A stretch of 64,000 nt of DNA from Paraspadella gotoi (GCA_051294375.1 CM119263.1:6110932-6174931); one strand, 5' to 3'; counted from the first letter of the stretch, positions 14,691 to 36,432 are shown. Notes: generated from the sequence alone by a model not told the origin. Numbers and translations: made by a program.

Positions 14691-15952
14691 AAGCCTAAGG
14701 AGAAGAAAATACTTTTTTATAAATCCTGGAAATGAAAGTATATCTGGACGATTAGTTATCAACGAAAATCTATTATATAAATAAAGCATAAATATATGCA
14801 TGCGTGATAAAGACAGCAATAACAAAAGGACAATAAAAAAGTTGTATAGTAAAAGGAGTAAACAAAAAGTATCTTGAAACATTACTGATTATAAATCAAA
14901 ATTTTAATTTTGATTTATAACTGTTTTTAAAACTGAAAAGGTGTTGGAACAAATATATCTGGTACGTACATCATGGCTTTTAAAATATTCTCCCTAATCT
15001 AAATCGTTAGTTATTATTAAAAGAAACTCAAAATAGCAGCATAACCTAGTATTTTTTTCTGAATTTAAAAAAAATATATAATAAAAAAAAAACAAACTGA
15101 CCGATTTTCCTCTTTTTAGCCTCAACTTGCGAAGATTCGCCTTTCAAAAGGCGCGAAGATTGAAGAAGATAGCCGCATTGATTTACGACGAGAGAAGGAA
15201 GAGGGAAGAGGATCATCGTCGCCTCCACTCGGGGAAAAATCATGGACTGATCTGATTTTGAGTGACTTCCGAGGAGGAAAGGAGAGAGAGGAGGAGACAG
15301 GCGCCTCCTCCTCCTCGACTCCGTTCCTCCGCCCCCCCCCATCCTCCGCCTCTTCCTCTTCCTCCTCCTGTTGCCTTTTCGTCGACGAGATTTCTTTTCT
15401 TTTCAATTCATCTCTCTCTCTGTCTCTCTCTCTCTCTCTCTCCTTTTTTTCCTCTAAAAATTTTTCGTCGCCGGAAGATCGCAACTTTTTTTCGGGGTCG
15501 ACTGCGACGAAGACGACGACGACGCCAACGCAGACGACGACGACGACGACGAGAACCTTTCCGGAAATCTTCCGACGGCAAGAAACGCAAAACGGAAAAC
15601 GGCTAAACGTCTTCGTTTATAAAACCTTCAACGACGACGTTTGTATAAAATTTCGCCGAATTATAACGAAATTAAATTAAAAAGGGTAGAGACGAGAAGA
15701 CAATAAGCACCAACGACGAGGAGCGCCGCGTCTCTCTTCTCCAAATTAAACTTTCTGTTTTGACGCGACGTCATCGCTTCAATTAGGAAATCGCGTCAGA
15801 TAGAAAATTTGCGTCAATGAGACACTGAAAGTCGCCTCGTCTTTATTTTTCTTCTTGCGCCGGAAAAAAACGACGACGACAACAACAACGACGACGACGT
15901 TAAAATCCTCGTCCGATAATAGCGCCGGTTTTCACAATCGTCGCGACCAAAG

Positions 15953-21578
<5,626 letters not shown>

Positions 21579-22470
21579 TAAAACGGTCGACAATTTCATC
21601 CCTTTTCATCCTGTAGTGACATCTGTGTCGGTCGACATTGTCATTTGTTCGATTAGAAGTGAAGGTGAAGATTGAAAAGATGGCGTGACAGGCATTTTAA
21701 ACATTTCGTCCTTTTACACTTTGAGCAGCTGTTAAATGATGTTATAATGTAATAACATCTTCACACAAGAATAAATGACCACGATCAACTTTAAATTATT
21801 TATTGTAACATTACTGATATTTATTACTTATTTATTATTTATTACGAATCTCCCGAATGAAAAATTGTCTAGTCACTTTGGTTTCTCCTTCGTTTTTGTT
21901 CGTCTATTTATTGCTCTGTCTTGTATCGTTCGTGTTAATCAACATATTAAAACAATTTTAAATAATTTGATAATTTCAGTTATTCTGCGGTAGTTGTCTA
22001 ATTTAAAATTTTAACATGTCACAGTAGATACCTGGATCGAAGTGATCAAAAGATCCTAAATGCCTATTGGTCAATTGGCTGAGCCAATGAGCGTTGAGCG
22101 TGCGGCGAGTGCTATTCAGTAATAGATCTTCTTTTTCGATTAACCTCAGCCTTGATTGATCGCAACCGATTTCGAAAAAAAAACCAATTATTTACATCAG
22201 TTATTTAATCACTTATTTAATCATTTAATTACAGTGTACATGGCAGACGAAATAGATTTCGAATCTTTGACGATTTTGAAGTCATAAAACATCTTAGTCT
22301 GAGGTATGAGGTACCGCTCAGCGAGAAATAAAGTTGCATTTGGACACAAAATCAATTTCTGTGAAAAAAGACATATGAGTTCAAATCTTTGTTAAGAAAA
22401 GAACGTAATGTAAGATTAAGAAAGAATCAAAATTACATACATATTTTCAATTTTCAATTTTGCCCGAAAT

Positions 22471-24871
<2,401 letters not shown>

Positions 24872-26259
24872 TTCGTCCGGTTGTTTTTTCCTTCTTTGAA
24901 TTTATTATCTGCTGTGAATTTGAATGGAATTTGAATCGCGAGATGGAAATGTGATTTCACGTGATTTCGCGTCGTAAGGGTCGCTGATGTAGTGAATGAA
25001 TCGATTCCGGGGTTCGAGTCTCACCCCGAAGTCGTGAGGGAGGAGGAGGAGGAAGAGGAAGAGGAGGAGGAGGAGGATGAGAAGTGTGAAGAGGGGAAAG
25101 AGGAAGAGAGGCTGGGGAGTCGTCGAGGGCCGAAAAAAAAAATTCACCGCTCTATGAATCAAGGGAGGAAGAAGGAAGAAGGAAGAGACGAGGACAAATT
25201 GAAACGACGTGGCTACAATAATAATTAAAATAAAGCTCGAGAGAAAAAATAATGTGTTAATTCTAAATTATTTTCTATAATTTTTTTTTAAATATTTTTT
25301 TATCTTTCCGCCAGAGTCGTCGATCCCGGCCTCGCGCCAAAACATTGAACCCTTTGCCATGTTTTCTCGTTTCAAAGTTTCAATTTTCAATTTTTGAGAG
25401 ACTTTTTTCCTTTTTCATTTCTAATTCCTGACTTAATCAGTACAATATCGTCGTTGTCGGCAGCGGCTGCGGCTGCGGCGGCGACGGAGACGGCGGCTGC
25501 GTCGGCGCGCGAACAATAACAATTTCGAAATAGAAGAACACGTCGTAGCATAAACACTTTCCAAATTGAACAATGAGCATCTGGAAATGAAAAATAAAGT
25601 CGCTAAATGGACAATGTTATTCACTTTGATCTATTAATATGTTTAGATGGCAATTTTACTTATCATTTTAGCATTATTGAGGAGACTGAAGTAAAGATAC
25701 GATTTTTAAGCTAATATAATAGCAAGAAACTATGCGTTTTAGAAACATAATGGCACTGATATCGCTTCGTCATTTTTGTTACAATTGCAAACGTTAAAAA
25801 CGCTTTCAAAAATCGTTTTCGTATCCATATTAATGTGAACAATGTTTATTAATTTATTTATTTATTCATTTATTTATTTATTAGTAGAAGACGTTTGAAA
25901 TTGTTTGCAACAACGATTTTTTATTGTATCGAACGTACATGTTTCGGCTCTATATACAATCCTTCATCAGCGTCATTTATTTATATTTATATATATTCAT
26001 TTATTTATTTATTTATTTCCAGGATAGAGGCTCCCCCTACCTATTTTTTTCTTCCTTTCCCTACCTATTTTTTTCTTTTTGTCATTCTCTGTTTCTTTCT
26101 TTTCTCAATGTTGGTCAAAATTAAAGAAACAAAAGGAAGACAGGCCCTAACTATGATACGACGACAGTGACATTGATTATAAATTACAAAAAGAAAAAAA
26201 TAAATAGGGAAAGGAATAAAAAAATGAAATAAATAATTTATTTAATAAATAAATAAATA

Positions 26260-26323
<64 letters not shown>

Positions 26324-27058
26324 ACGAAAGAAAGAAAGAAAGAAAGAAAAAGTAAAAAAGGAAAGAAGTGTAGATGTAATGAAAGTATTAAAAGAAAGAT
26401 AGAAGGATAAAACGAATTTAACAAAGAAAGGAAGATTTAAGAGCGAACACCTGACTCCGCGAATGTACCGGGCGTTAAGGCGCAGTCCCCGGATGTAGGG
26501 GAAAAGTTTGGCGACGCGTTTTTGTCCCGGATTTAACTGGAATCTCCAAAGAGGGTGGCGGGAATGGGGGGGGGGCAAGTTCGTCGTTTTCTCGGCTCCA
26601 GATAAATCAAATTCCGAGACGCTTTTTAGGGGAGTAATCTTTTTTTTTAAATGGGGTTTAACATTCTAGGGGAAGATAAGTTTTTTTTTGGGGGGGAAGA
26701 ATTATGAGTTTGAATTTTTGAATATTTTTAAACTTGTGAGTCTGACTCTTTGAAAAATTATATTTTTCGTCACATGATAACTGATCTCAATTCGATATTC
26801 TTAACATCACGTCGACGAGATCATCAAAAATATTTTTTTTTATATTCGCGAAACAAATTACATAAATAGGTTCAACTGATAAATTTGTTTCGATTATGAT
26901 TTTAATTTTAAAAGTTCCATCGTGAATTCTAAACGCGTGAGGCGGCCGCTCCTAACACTAAAATTGACGGGCCACCCCGTGTGATTCAACTTTCGGCAGC
27001 TCGCGGCCTTCATGTTTATTTTGATGAATTGATATTCGAGGACTAAACAGCGTTTGAA

Positions 27059-27089
<31 letters not shown>

Positions 27090-27249
27090 TTGATGAGGAA
27101 GACGATGACGACGAATTCGACGACGACAGAAACGACGACGGTTATAAGGGGACGAAAATAGAAGGAGGGAGGGATGAGGAGGGGAGAGGGAAGGAGGTGA
27201 ATTAAAGGAGGGAGCGGAGTAAAGAGAAAAAGAAAGGGAACGAGGAGTG

Positions 27250-27365
<116 letters not shown>

Positions 27366-28164
27366 AACTTATGTTAACGGACTGCATTTGGTCATCCCCA
27401 GGTCGAATCTGACTAAACTGTAAATTTATCAACATTAATAAACAAGAAACGAGTTTTTCGTTTTCAAGAAACTTATTTTTAAGTCCAACTCCGCAGTTGA
27501 AAAACTAAAACAAACTCTCTTATTCTTCTTATCAGGTTTTTTTGTTTTGAAGCTTTTTTTTCTCACTTTCTACATTTCCTTATCATTTCAAAAAAAAACA
27601 ATAAATTAAAGTTGTTATCGAAAACCGGGACCTTTTCATGTTTTCTCCAATCATTGCCCCACGCTAAGGACCTGGGTTCGGTTTTACAAGATTGTTTTTG
27701 GGAGGATTTTTAAGAAATAAACAATGATGGACGAAGGACTGAAAAAAAGTTAAAAATAATTGCGTGGAAAAATAGACTTATATTTGAGTAATTTAGTTGG
27801 TTTACTTAAAAGAATGACCAAAAAGTCAAGATATTCGTTGCTAGTCCGTTCTTTTTTTAAAATTATCCATGAAAAATTAAACAAAAGAGGCTTTCCATAT
27901 ATATCTATTCTTTATAGATTCACCCACCTCACGTTAACCTCTTCCTTTCCCTTCGTCGTTCACGCCTCACCAGCTTCGGTGAAGAAGAAGCGGCCCCGGT
28001 GGATCCGCGTCGCGGCGTCTTTGTGATACCAAGAGAATTGTGAAGTTTCTTGTAATCATAACGGAGGCGAGTCAAAGCGGTGGGAACTTTGTTAATTTAA
28101 CGAAAATTTTCACTAATTTTTTAACAGATTGAGAGATTAGGAATAAGACAGAGAGAGAGGAGAG

Positions 28165-28233
<69 letters not shown>

Positions 28234-29935
28234 AGAGAGAAAAAGAGAATGAATATACTTAGGGTCCGAACTCCGAAGGGCTCACTGCATATAAATCTCG
28301 AGTAGAACATCGTAAATCCGTCGACTTATAACAAATCATTCATCTTTTGACAAAAAGCGAAGCGGATTGACCGCGAGGCGTGAGGGAAGGGGGGGGGGTC
28401 TGAAGGGGGGAGGTGAGTGATTTTTATGACAGTGGGGAGACGGGGAGAGGGGGAGAAAAAAGTCGGAGAATAGGAAGGGGGAATGAAAGAAAAAAGAAAA
28501 GGTGAGAAGGGAAAAGGGTGGAAGATTGAAAAAAAAGGTGGGAGGAAATGGAAAAGAAGAGAGAAAAAAAAGGTGGGAGGAAATGGATAAGAAGAGCAAA
28601 AAAAAGGTGGGAGGAAATTGAAAAGAAGAAAGAAAAAAAAGGGGGAAAAATGGAATGTGTCTTCAAGTTAAAACGGAGAAAGTGGAGACGGGAAGACGGA
28701 GAGACAGAGAGAAAGGAAAAGTGGAAGGGTTCAGGGATGAGAAGGGATGAGAAGGGACGTCTTAACAGAACTCGACGTGGTTGATTGATTCATCGCGGCC
28801 TTGGCGTTCGCCTTCGGTGAAGAGATGATTAAAGTCCGCGTCTGCCCGCCCCTTCATCCTCTACGTCCCGCCCCTTTGGTTTCTGGACCGCCCCGTCGTT
28901 ACTTTCGGTGAAGGAGGTCAGTTTAGCAGATTCATCGCCCTTGTATACTTTTTCGGTTGTCTTTTTTTTTTTTTTTCGCTCGTTCGACCCTGTAGTCACT
29001 TCTGACCCGCTACATTAATCTTGGACCGCTTTCTTGTCGGCCCGTCGTCGCTGAATCACAGATCACCCGTCTGGACGGTCACGTGACGAGTCAATTCTTT
29101 TTTGGGGGGATCTTGGCTCATTCGGATCTTTTGCGGGACCCCTCCCTTTCCTTCTCCCTGACGGCGTCGCCCAGGGTTAAATATCTCTGTCCGCTTTTAA
29201 TCTTTTAACCCTTAAATATTAATTAAATGAAAATGAAATAAAATAGAGAATGAGGGAATTTCCAAATATTTCCTTTTTTCTTTTTTTTTAAAAGCGAGCT
29301 GGCTCAATTACATTAAATTTGAAGATTGGCACGCGATGTTATTATCTTGTAAGTGTGATGGAGGCCTTAAACCACCAAAGCCTGTCCAAAGTCAGGGGCA
29401 AGATAGCTTATTTATTAAATGAATGGATAATTTTTATATTGGTTGTACCAATTTCATTTATTTTGGGATCAGATAATCTCAACTTGCTGTTGTCACTGAA
29501 TCTAAAAAAAATATAAATCGAAATTATTTTATTATAAAAGTTACAAAAACTTTACAACTTTACAACTTCTTCATTTAAAGATCATTGGCGGCAAAATGAA
29601 GAGATTCAATTCAGTAATAAATATTCAAGCTTCAAGAAGTAATTCGTATGAACACTTCGTATTCTTCAAGTCAATGCAAAAATTAAGTTCTATACATCGC
29701 GCGATTTCGAAACCGCGTCTTGAGAAATAAATACAAATAAATAGTACTAATAAATTGTAAAAAAAAAAATTGATTGATTCGCTATTTTGTTTGGTTTCCT
29801 CACGGATTCAACTCAACTGAAGGACAAAAAATAAGCTCACGGCAAATGTATATATTCGATCGCGGCACTTGGGTGAATATACTGTATCTCGACTTAATCT
29901 TCAATGGTATCGTTAATTGTTTCTTCAACTTATCC

Positions 29936-31603
29936 CTAATCTTTCTTCTTCCCCGCCCCCTCCTCGCCCCCCTTCTCAAAGTCCAAGAAGAGGCTGGGAT
30001 CCTCCATAGAGTAGGCGTGGCAGCGGCGAAACTCCTCCTCTTCGCGCAACGCTTCCTCCATGATGGCGGGATCGATGGAGGACGGTTCGAGGTCGGCGAG
30101 GAGAGAGTCGATGTCCGAGAGGATGGAGGCGGCTTCGGAGAGAGTCTCTCCGGCCTTTCCGGTCTCCTCCGTCGAAGGAGCGGGCCGTCCGGCCGAAAAC
30201 CGCCTCGCCGACGACCCTCTTCCGCCGATATCGTCCGTCTCGTCGTCGGAAGCGGGTTCGGTGTCGACGTCGAAGGATCGAAGGGAGGCGTTCTCGGGTC
30301 CGCGCTCGTCTCTCGGACGCGCCCACTCTTTCCCGAAGAGAGGCTCCCGCTCGATGGCGAGGTCGTGGCTCTCCATAGACTCGAGGATGTCGGTCTCGTC
30401 GAAAGGCTCGTCCGCGTCGTCCACGGGGGAATCGGAGAGAGTGGTTGCGCGGGCGGAACCGTCGGAGGCGCGCGAGGCGTTGTCGTCGGAGTATTCGTGC
30501 TCGGAATAGACGAGGGCGTTCTCGCCGTTCGCGTACTCGTGCTCGGCGTAGACGAGGGTATTTTCCCGGGAGAGGAAAGGGGCGTTACCGGCGTCAGTGG
30601 CGACGAGAGACGCATCATCGGCGGACGTCATTCCATTCTCAATAGAAGATGTTTTCACGCTTTCGATCGAAGGCGATTCATTCGTCTTCAAATCACATAA
30701 AATCTCTGCTGCGGATTTCGAATCGATCTCAAGCTTTTCCTCGATCTTTTCGCCAGAAACCACCTTCTCTCTTTCCTCCATAGACATCGCCGTATCGATC
30801 TCAAAGGCCGGCAAAGGTTCATTGATTTCGATCGTGCCTTCCGTTGCTCCGCTTTTTAATTCTTCCCCGCCCATTGCTTCATCGCTCGCACCCCGTGGTT
30901 CGACGTCGCTTCGGCTCTCACCCAAGGGTTCGACGTCGCTTCGGCTCGATTGAATCTGATTCTCGAGAATTTTTCCGCCTTCTCCTTCGATCTCCGGATC
31001 GAGACTCGATCCTTGCTTTCGATTTTCGATTTTAATTTCCTCAGATAAAACCGGAGATTCGATCTTTTCCGCTTCGTGCTTATCGCTCGAAGCTTCGGTA
31101 AAGTTTTTCTCCCGACAGTCGGCCTCGTTCGGTCCTTCGATTTCCCCATCTTTCGTTACCGACTCCGGAACTAAATCCTTCGTTGGGGCAAAGCTAACTT
31201 CAGCCACGCCCACTTCCGGTGGCCTTGGGCCTAAATCGACGAGATCTTGGTCAACTTCTTCGGTCTTGGGCGAATGAGTGGGAATGACTGAGAGGGGAGC
31301 CTCGAATTTTTTGTCAAGGCAAGATGTTTGATCAGAGCTGGACGTTTGATCGACTATCGATTCCTCGACGGTTGTATCATTAGCTTCATTTTGATCGCTA
31401 GAATTACTAATTGGTGATTGATTGTCTAAAATTTTATCGTATATCGATTGATTATCTAAGATTGAATTGACCGCGTTCTCATCTGCCATTGGATTGACCG
31501 GTTTTAGATTTGCTGCCGTTTGATTGGTCGAATCTCCGTCGATCTTCGTTGAGTTTTCTCCGCGCGGATCAAACTTCGCTTCAGTTGGTTTCGCCGACTG
31601 CAT
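29936..31603 (-). CDS. Orphan acidic, probably disordered protein (~555 aa from ATG 31603); alternatively a terminal exon starting at 31633
   Basis: 1.7 kb uninterrupted ORF rich in E/D/S, with short internal duplications (SRSDVEP x2, EN[TA]LVY[AS]EHEY x2, ILDNQS x2). An in-frame acceptor ttgacgcttag|AAC lies at 31634/31633. No domain recognised. Confidence 0.65.
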   Translation of the reverse strand: MQSAKPTEAKFDPRGENSTKIDGDSTNQTAANLKPVNPMADENAVNSILDNQSIYDKILDNQSPISNSSDQNEANDTTVEESIVDQTSSSDQTSCLDKKFEAPLSVIPTHSPKTEEVDQDLVDLGPRPPEVGVAEVSFAPTKDLVPESVTKDGEIEGPNEADCREKNFTEASSDKHEAEKIESPVLSEEIKIENRKQGSSLDPEIEGEGGKILENQIQSSRSDVEPLGESRSDVEPRGASDEAMGGEELKSGATEGTIEINEPLPAFEIDTAMSMEEREKVVSGEKIEEKLEIDSKSAAEILCDLKTNESPSIESVKTSSIENGMTSADDASLVATDAGNAPFLSRENTLVYAEHEYANGENALVYSEHEYSDDNASRASDGSARATTLSDSPVDDADEPFDETDILESMESHDLAIEREPLFGKEWARPRDERGPENASLRSFDVDTEPASDDETDDIGGRGSSARRFSAGRPAPSTEETGKAGETLSEAASILSDIDSLLADLEPSSIDPAIMEEALREEEEFRRCHAYSMEDPSLFLDFEKGGEEGAGKKKD

Positions 31604-32604
31604 TGAAAAGTGGGAAGATTGGGTGGGCAAGTTCTAAGCGTCAAAAGTATAGGAAATCGTTTGTTTAACGTTAAATCTCTTAACCTTTTTTCATCTTTAT
31701 AAATCATATTTTACTTTAGACAAGTCGATTAATGTATATCTGTCTGTCTATCTTATTAATTTTATGTGCCTTGCTCACGCTCTCACAGGATATCTGACCT
31801 CTCAGAGTAAAAAGGAAGACGATTAACAAGCACTTGATAGTTATATTTTCAATAGTAAAAACAGCCGCAAGAAAAGATTAAGACAAAAATAACTGGCAAA
31901 GTGCAGCGACAAAAGTATAATCAGATCAGATGTCTTGTGAGCGATAAGGCACCTTTTATAAAATCAAATTTAGAGAAAGCAATTAATACATTTTTTTATC
32001 AGTTTTATGAGCAACAAAAACATGAGCGATTTATGTTAACGGCAATAAAGCTTATTGGCAAAATATGTGATATTGAAAAAAGATAAAAAAGCTTTAGACT
32101 TTTACATTAACTATGAATAACTTATGCGTTATAGTTTGACTAAGCGCAATGTTAATAAATCGTTAGTCGGGATTTGAGATTTTGAGCAACGTCGAGGTTA
32201 AGTCAGCTTTTTGAGCTTGGCGTCTGGAAAAACAAATGCGAATTTTTTTTCTGTTAAGTGATAATCCTAGAATTTAGCTATTTTATTTCTACAAAAAACA
32301 TCAAAAATTAGCTGGAAAGGTTAGAACTGAGGCAGAAAATCAGGACTTCAATTCTCACTGCTGATTAATTGTCTTAGGCGCGTTTCCCCGTTAAAAAAAA
32401 AGAAAAGAAAAAAGTTAAATAGTTTTTACGGTGTCTGTTAAATGTTCAGATTTATCGCATTCATAATGACGTTTTCTCAAAAAAAATTTTCCTTTTTTTT
32501 GTTACAGAATATGAATATAAATATTTATGAATACTATATGAACAATTTAGCTTAACCAAGTTTATTTCTGACCCCCCCCCCGGCGCCTAAGACCCAGCTC
32601 CTCT

Positions 32605-35600
32605 TTACTTCTCATACAAGAAGGTTGGCGGCGACAGCTTTACAGCGTTCGCATTGACCGCGTAGGGGATCAAAACGATGTACCCCTCCGCGAGCGGCCG
32701 ATCCGCCGCCGCCGCCTCACCTTGGGTATTCGTCGCCTGATCTACGGCATCTACCTCACCCGCGGCAGCGGAGACTTCCTGCTGGGGCTGCGGCGAAGCG
32801 GCAGCGGCAGCGGCGGCCTCCTCTTCCTTTAGCTCGGCGTCCTCCGCCATGACCGCCTTCGTCGACGGGAATTGTTTCTTGATCTCCTCCGCCAGCAGCG
32901 TCTGCGCTGCCGCCATGTGCCCCTGCAACGCCTCCATGACGACGTTGACCACCATGGAGCAGACGCCGAGGCCGACGAAGACGTAGACGGATGTGACCAT
33001 CATGAGGAAAGGATACTCCGGCAACACGTCGCCGAATCCGATCGTCGAGAGCGTGATGAAGACGAAGTAGAAGGAATCAAGAAAGTCGAGGTCTTCCCAA
33101 GCCGAATACATCGTCGCTCCCAAGGCGCAGTAGGCCGTCAGCACCGCCAGCGCCGGCAGCGTCGGCAGATCGAACTCCTCGTCGGCTTTGGTCAGCGCGG
33201 CGTCGACGAGGTCGGCAACGGAACGCCCGGCGCAGTCCTCGCGGGTCTCCGGCCACTCCAGCTTTCGGGCGATGGTGGAGACGCCCGGCGCCGAGCGAAG
33301 ACCAGCGCCGGCGTCGCTGTAGTAGATGACGCGTCCGATTTCGGGCGCCGCTTTGAGGACGCGGGTGAAAAGCTTACCGAGGGCGTCCAGGAGGAGGAGC
33401 ACCAAGGGGATCGTCGCCGTGGCGTAGGCGATGGTGAGGAGCTTTCCGAGGGCGGTGGTGGGGTAGATGTTGCCGTAGCCTTTTTGGCGGGTGGGTGGAG
33501 TGGGTAAAAAAGAGGAGGGGGAGGATGGAGGCGAAAAAGTGGGAGAAAGAGACAGAAATAGGGGGAGGGGAAAATAAGCAAGAAAAATAAAACGTGATAA
33601 AAAGAAAGTGAAAAACTAAGAAAAAAAAAGCGAAAAAGAAGGAAACTTGAAAGAAAAAAAAAGAACCCTGTCAAACTTTTTTTTTTGCTTAATTATAAAA
33701 AATAAAACAGAACATAAAAAGACTAAGAATAAATCATAATTTAAGTGAAAGATCGCAAGATTGTTGTTAGTAGTTAGTCTCTTTTAGGTTAAAGTAAAAA
33801 TCAACTCACCCACGGTCGTGAAGACAGTGCCGACATAGAATAAGGAGCCAGTGAAACTCCAAACCGTCTCTTCGGAATTGGTCGTCAGACTTCCGGAAGT
33901 GTAGGCCTCAAGGAGACTCTCTTCGTATTCCTAAGATATAGTAATAAGAGCTAGTGTTCACTGTTTCAGTTTTTATGCCTAGAGGTTCGCTGACGAAACC
34001 TCTAAAATTTGGCAATTTCAGAGGTCAAAATTTCGTTATTTTGGTTTAACTTATGTGCTATCTTATATAGAATACTTATTCCTCAGTTTAATATAACAAG
34101 AAAATTAAAAATAAAAGATTTTTTTTAAAAAAAATTACAAAGGAATCCCGATTAAAAAAACTTTAAAAAAATTAATTTGAATGGTTTCATAAAACCGATT
34201 AGTCGACAATCGATACAGTTTTCTCCGGATATATTTTTATTCTCCATTTTATTACTCCGTTTAAACGCGAATTGATTTTTTTTATCCCTCCCTCTTTCAT
34301 TTTTTTCCCCTCCGCTTAAAGAGCGAATTGATTTTATTTTGCCCTTTTTATTTCTGACAGCCGCGCGCGTTTTCGCATTTTACTCGGTTATCATCGATAA
34401 GCAGCGTGACCCCCATTAGCTTTCGGCGCCGAGTCGACGCGAGTGACGCCGCCCCGCCGCGACGCCGCGTGACGCCGTTCACCCCTGAAGCGCCGTGACG
34501 GTGGACTGTTTCACCCCAAGGCCACTCCACAGTCTCCGCACGGGGAAGAGTGCCAGGGATGACGAGTCGGTGATAAAGCGTTCGTTCGACCCTCCGCCCT
34601 TTCGACTGTTCAACCCACATCTTCCACCATCAGTTTCTCCCTGCGCCCGCGGGACTCGAGAAAGTTAAAACTGCTCGCGGGATCACAACCATGAGGCTCA
34701 GGACACTCATATCCTCACTCCTCCCCTCCCCGCCCCGTCTTCCTGACCCAACCCCTACCCACTTTTTTTGTCAACCCCACAGCCGACGACAAAGAAATTC
34801 GGAAAGGAAAAGTATCAACCATCGAGCGACGCTACTTTTTCCTCCTCCCTTTTTTTTTTTTTTTTTTTTTTCTCGATTTCGGCTTTCGCGATCGGGAACT
34901 CGAATCAACAAAACACTTTGGGAGAACTTAATGTTCCATTAAATATTTTAAAAACATCAATTTTATGATAGATTATAGAAAGTAAGAAACACTGATTTAC
35001 ATCTAGTTTGGCTATTGCAATTTTTTTTCCGAAAAATGTAAAAATATTGAGTTGCATATTTTCTTTTTTTTTCCTTTTCGTCCAAGAAAAAAAAAAATTT
35101 TAATTTTGGGCTAAATTTTACTTTCGCCGACCGCTGTTTGGGCGGCTTTTGAAGAACCATTTAAAAATACTTATTTTTAAACAAAAATTTAAAAAAAATA
35201 TTACCCAACTACCCTAACCCTAAACCCTTTTAACCCTATCCACCCCTAACCCTATACCACCCCTAAACCACCCTTAACCCTAACCCCTCCTTAAATAGAT
35301 TAATATGTCTGAAATCTTTAATCAACATATCGAACCTGAAAGACTTTGTTTGTTTCTTTCCGAAGGTCGGCGGCTTTGGCTTTGGCGAGTCCCGATCGAT
35401 CCACGATCCGGTTGATAAGTTGCGTCTTCAACGTCTTCACCTCCATCTTCTCCGACGCCTCCTCCCCTCCCTCGATGGCGTAAAACAAAATGGCGCCTGG
35501 GGGATGAGATTCAAGGGTCATTGTTTTCTGGGTTTGATTAAAAAAACATTGAATGTTGTCACTTGTCAAAAAAAAAAACAACACAATTTAGGACGAAAAG

Positions 35601-36207
35601 AAAAAAAACTCCTCTCGTTCAAGCACCAATTTAATGCAAATATTATTTTTAAAAATTAATTTATTTTCAAAATAAACGGCGGAAAAGTAGGCCGATAAAA
35701 ACGATAACGCATGAGCTCTAGTGACGTTTGTTTCAACTTCGACAATCTCTTTTCCGCGAGCGAGCGTGCAATCTCGTCACCGCAAACGTTTCATTCTAAG
35801 CTATTAACTCGTCGCTTTTTTATTTTTGAATCGCGAAACTGAGATAACATAAAAGTGGAATAAAAATAAAATCTAACGAACGTTTTTGATATAGATTATA
35901 CGCATGATTGTATTTATGAAACGAAAACACTAGATCTCTAATCTTAGACTTAGTAACGCTTCCCTGTGAATTTAGAACAGAAAGAAATCGTGAAGATGAA
36001 ACCAAATTCAATAAATTAAAACTTTTCGCCAACTAATTTTTTATTTAATCAGGTTCAATGAATCCCGACGTTTTGATAAAGTATTATATTGAATAAGATT
36101 ATCATGCTGTTCGTACCTACAACGGTCAGAAGGCTGATTGTAAGGATTAGCGCCGCCTGCTTGAGGACGGACCGGGCGACGGTCCGAAGGGCGTGCCTGT
36201 CACCCAT
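32605..36207 (-). CDS. Two-pore-domain (K2P/TWK-type) potassium channel, 4 exons, ~415 aa
   Basis: Exons 36207-36117, 35496-35336, 33930-33810, 33479-32605; phase-consistent. M1-cap GAILFYAIE; P1 WSFTGSLFYVGTVFTTVGYGNIYP; P2 FLDSFYFVFITLSTIGFGDVLP; four TM segments. Minus-strand AATAAA ~40 nt after the stop. Confidence 0.92.
35211..35287. repeat. Degenerate (CCCTAA)n-like tract in a K2P intron; similar tract at ~23551-23620
   Basis: accctaaccctaaacccttttaaccctat...ttaaccctaaccc. Such tracts are common in Helentron-associated non-autonomous elements. Confidence 0.6.
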
Positions 36208-36432
36208 TGTCACCTCTTTGATGGGTACCGAAAAAAAAACCCCGAAAATTCGTCACGCGAGGGTAAATATTACATTTCGTATTAGTTTTTGCCGTTGGAG
36301 AGTTAATTCGGGCGACCCTTTCAGTGGGCAGATCATTCAGCCTCGAAAAACGTTCAGTTTCGTTCAACTCGCAGACGAGAGCAAAAGAGAAAAAAAAGAG
36401 ATGAGCGAAAAGGATCTTGGTGTTTTTCATCG

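Noticed and set aside
26450-26550. Minus-strand frame with repeated YIRG resembling a neuropeptide precursor
   Set aside because: No signal peptide exon and no dibasic sites after the Gly residues. It is more likely non-coding or UTR sequence.
29774-30700. 308-aa plus-strand ORF and other overlapping frames
   Set aside because: These are antisense or alternate-frame shadows of the GC-rich acidic ORF. The same applies to shadow ORFs over K2P, DUF229, OGA and ITSN.
35211-35287. Telomere or telomerase RNA template
   Set aside because: The tract is short, degenerate and intronic with no flanking structure, so it is better explained as part of a repeat element.
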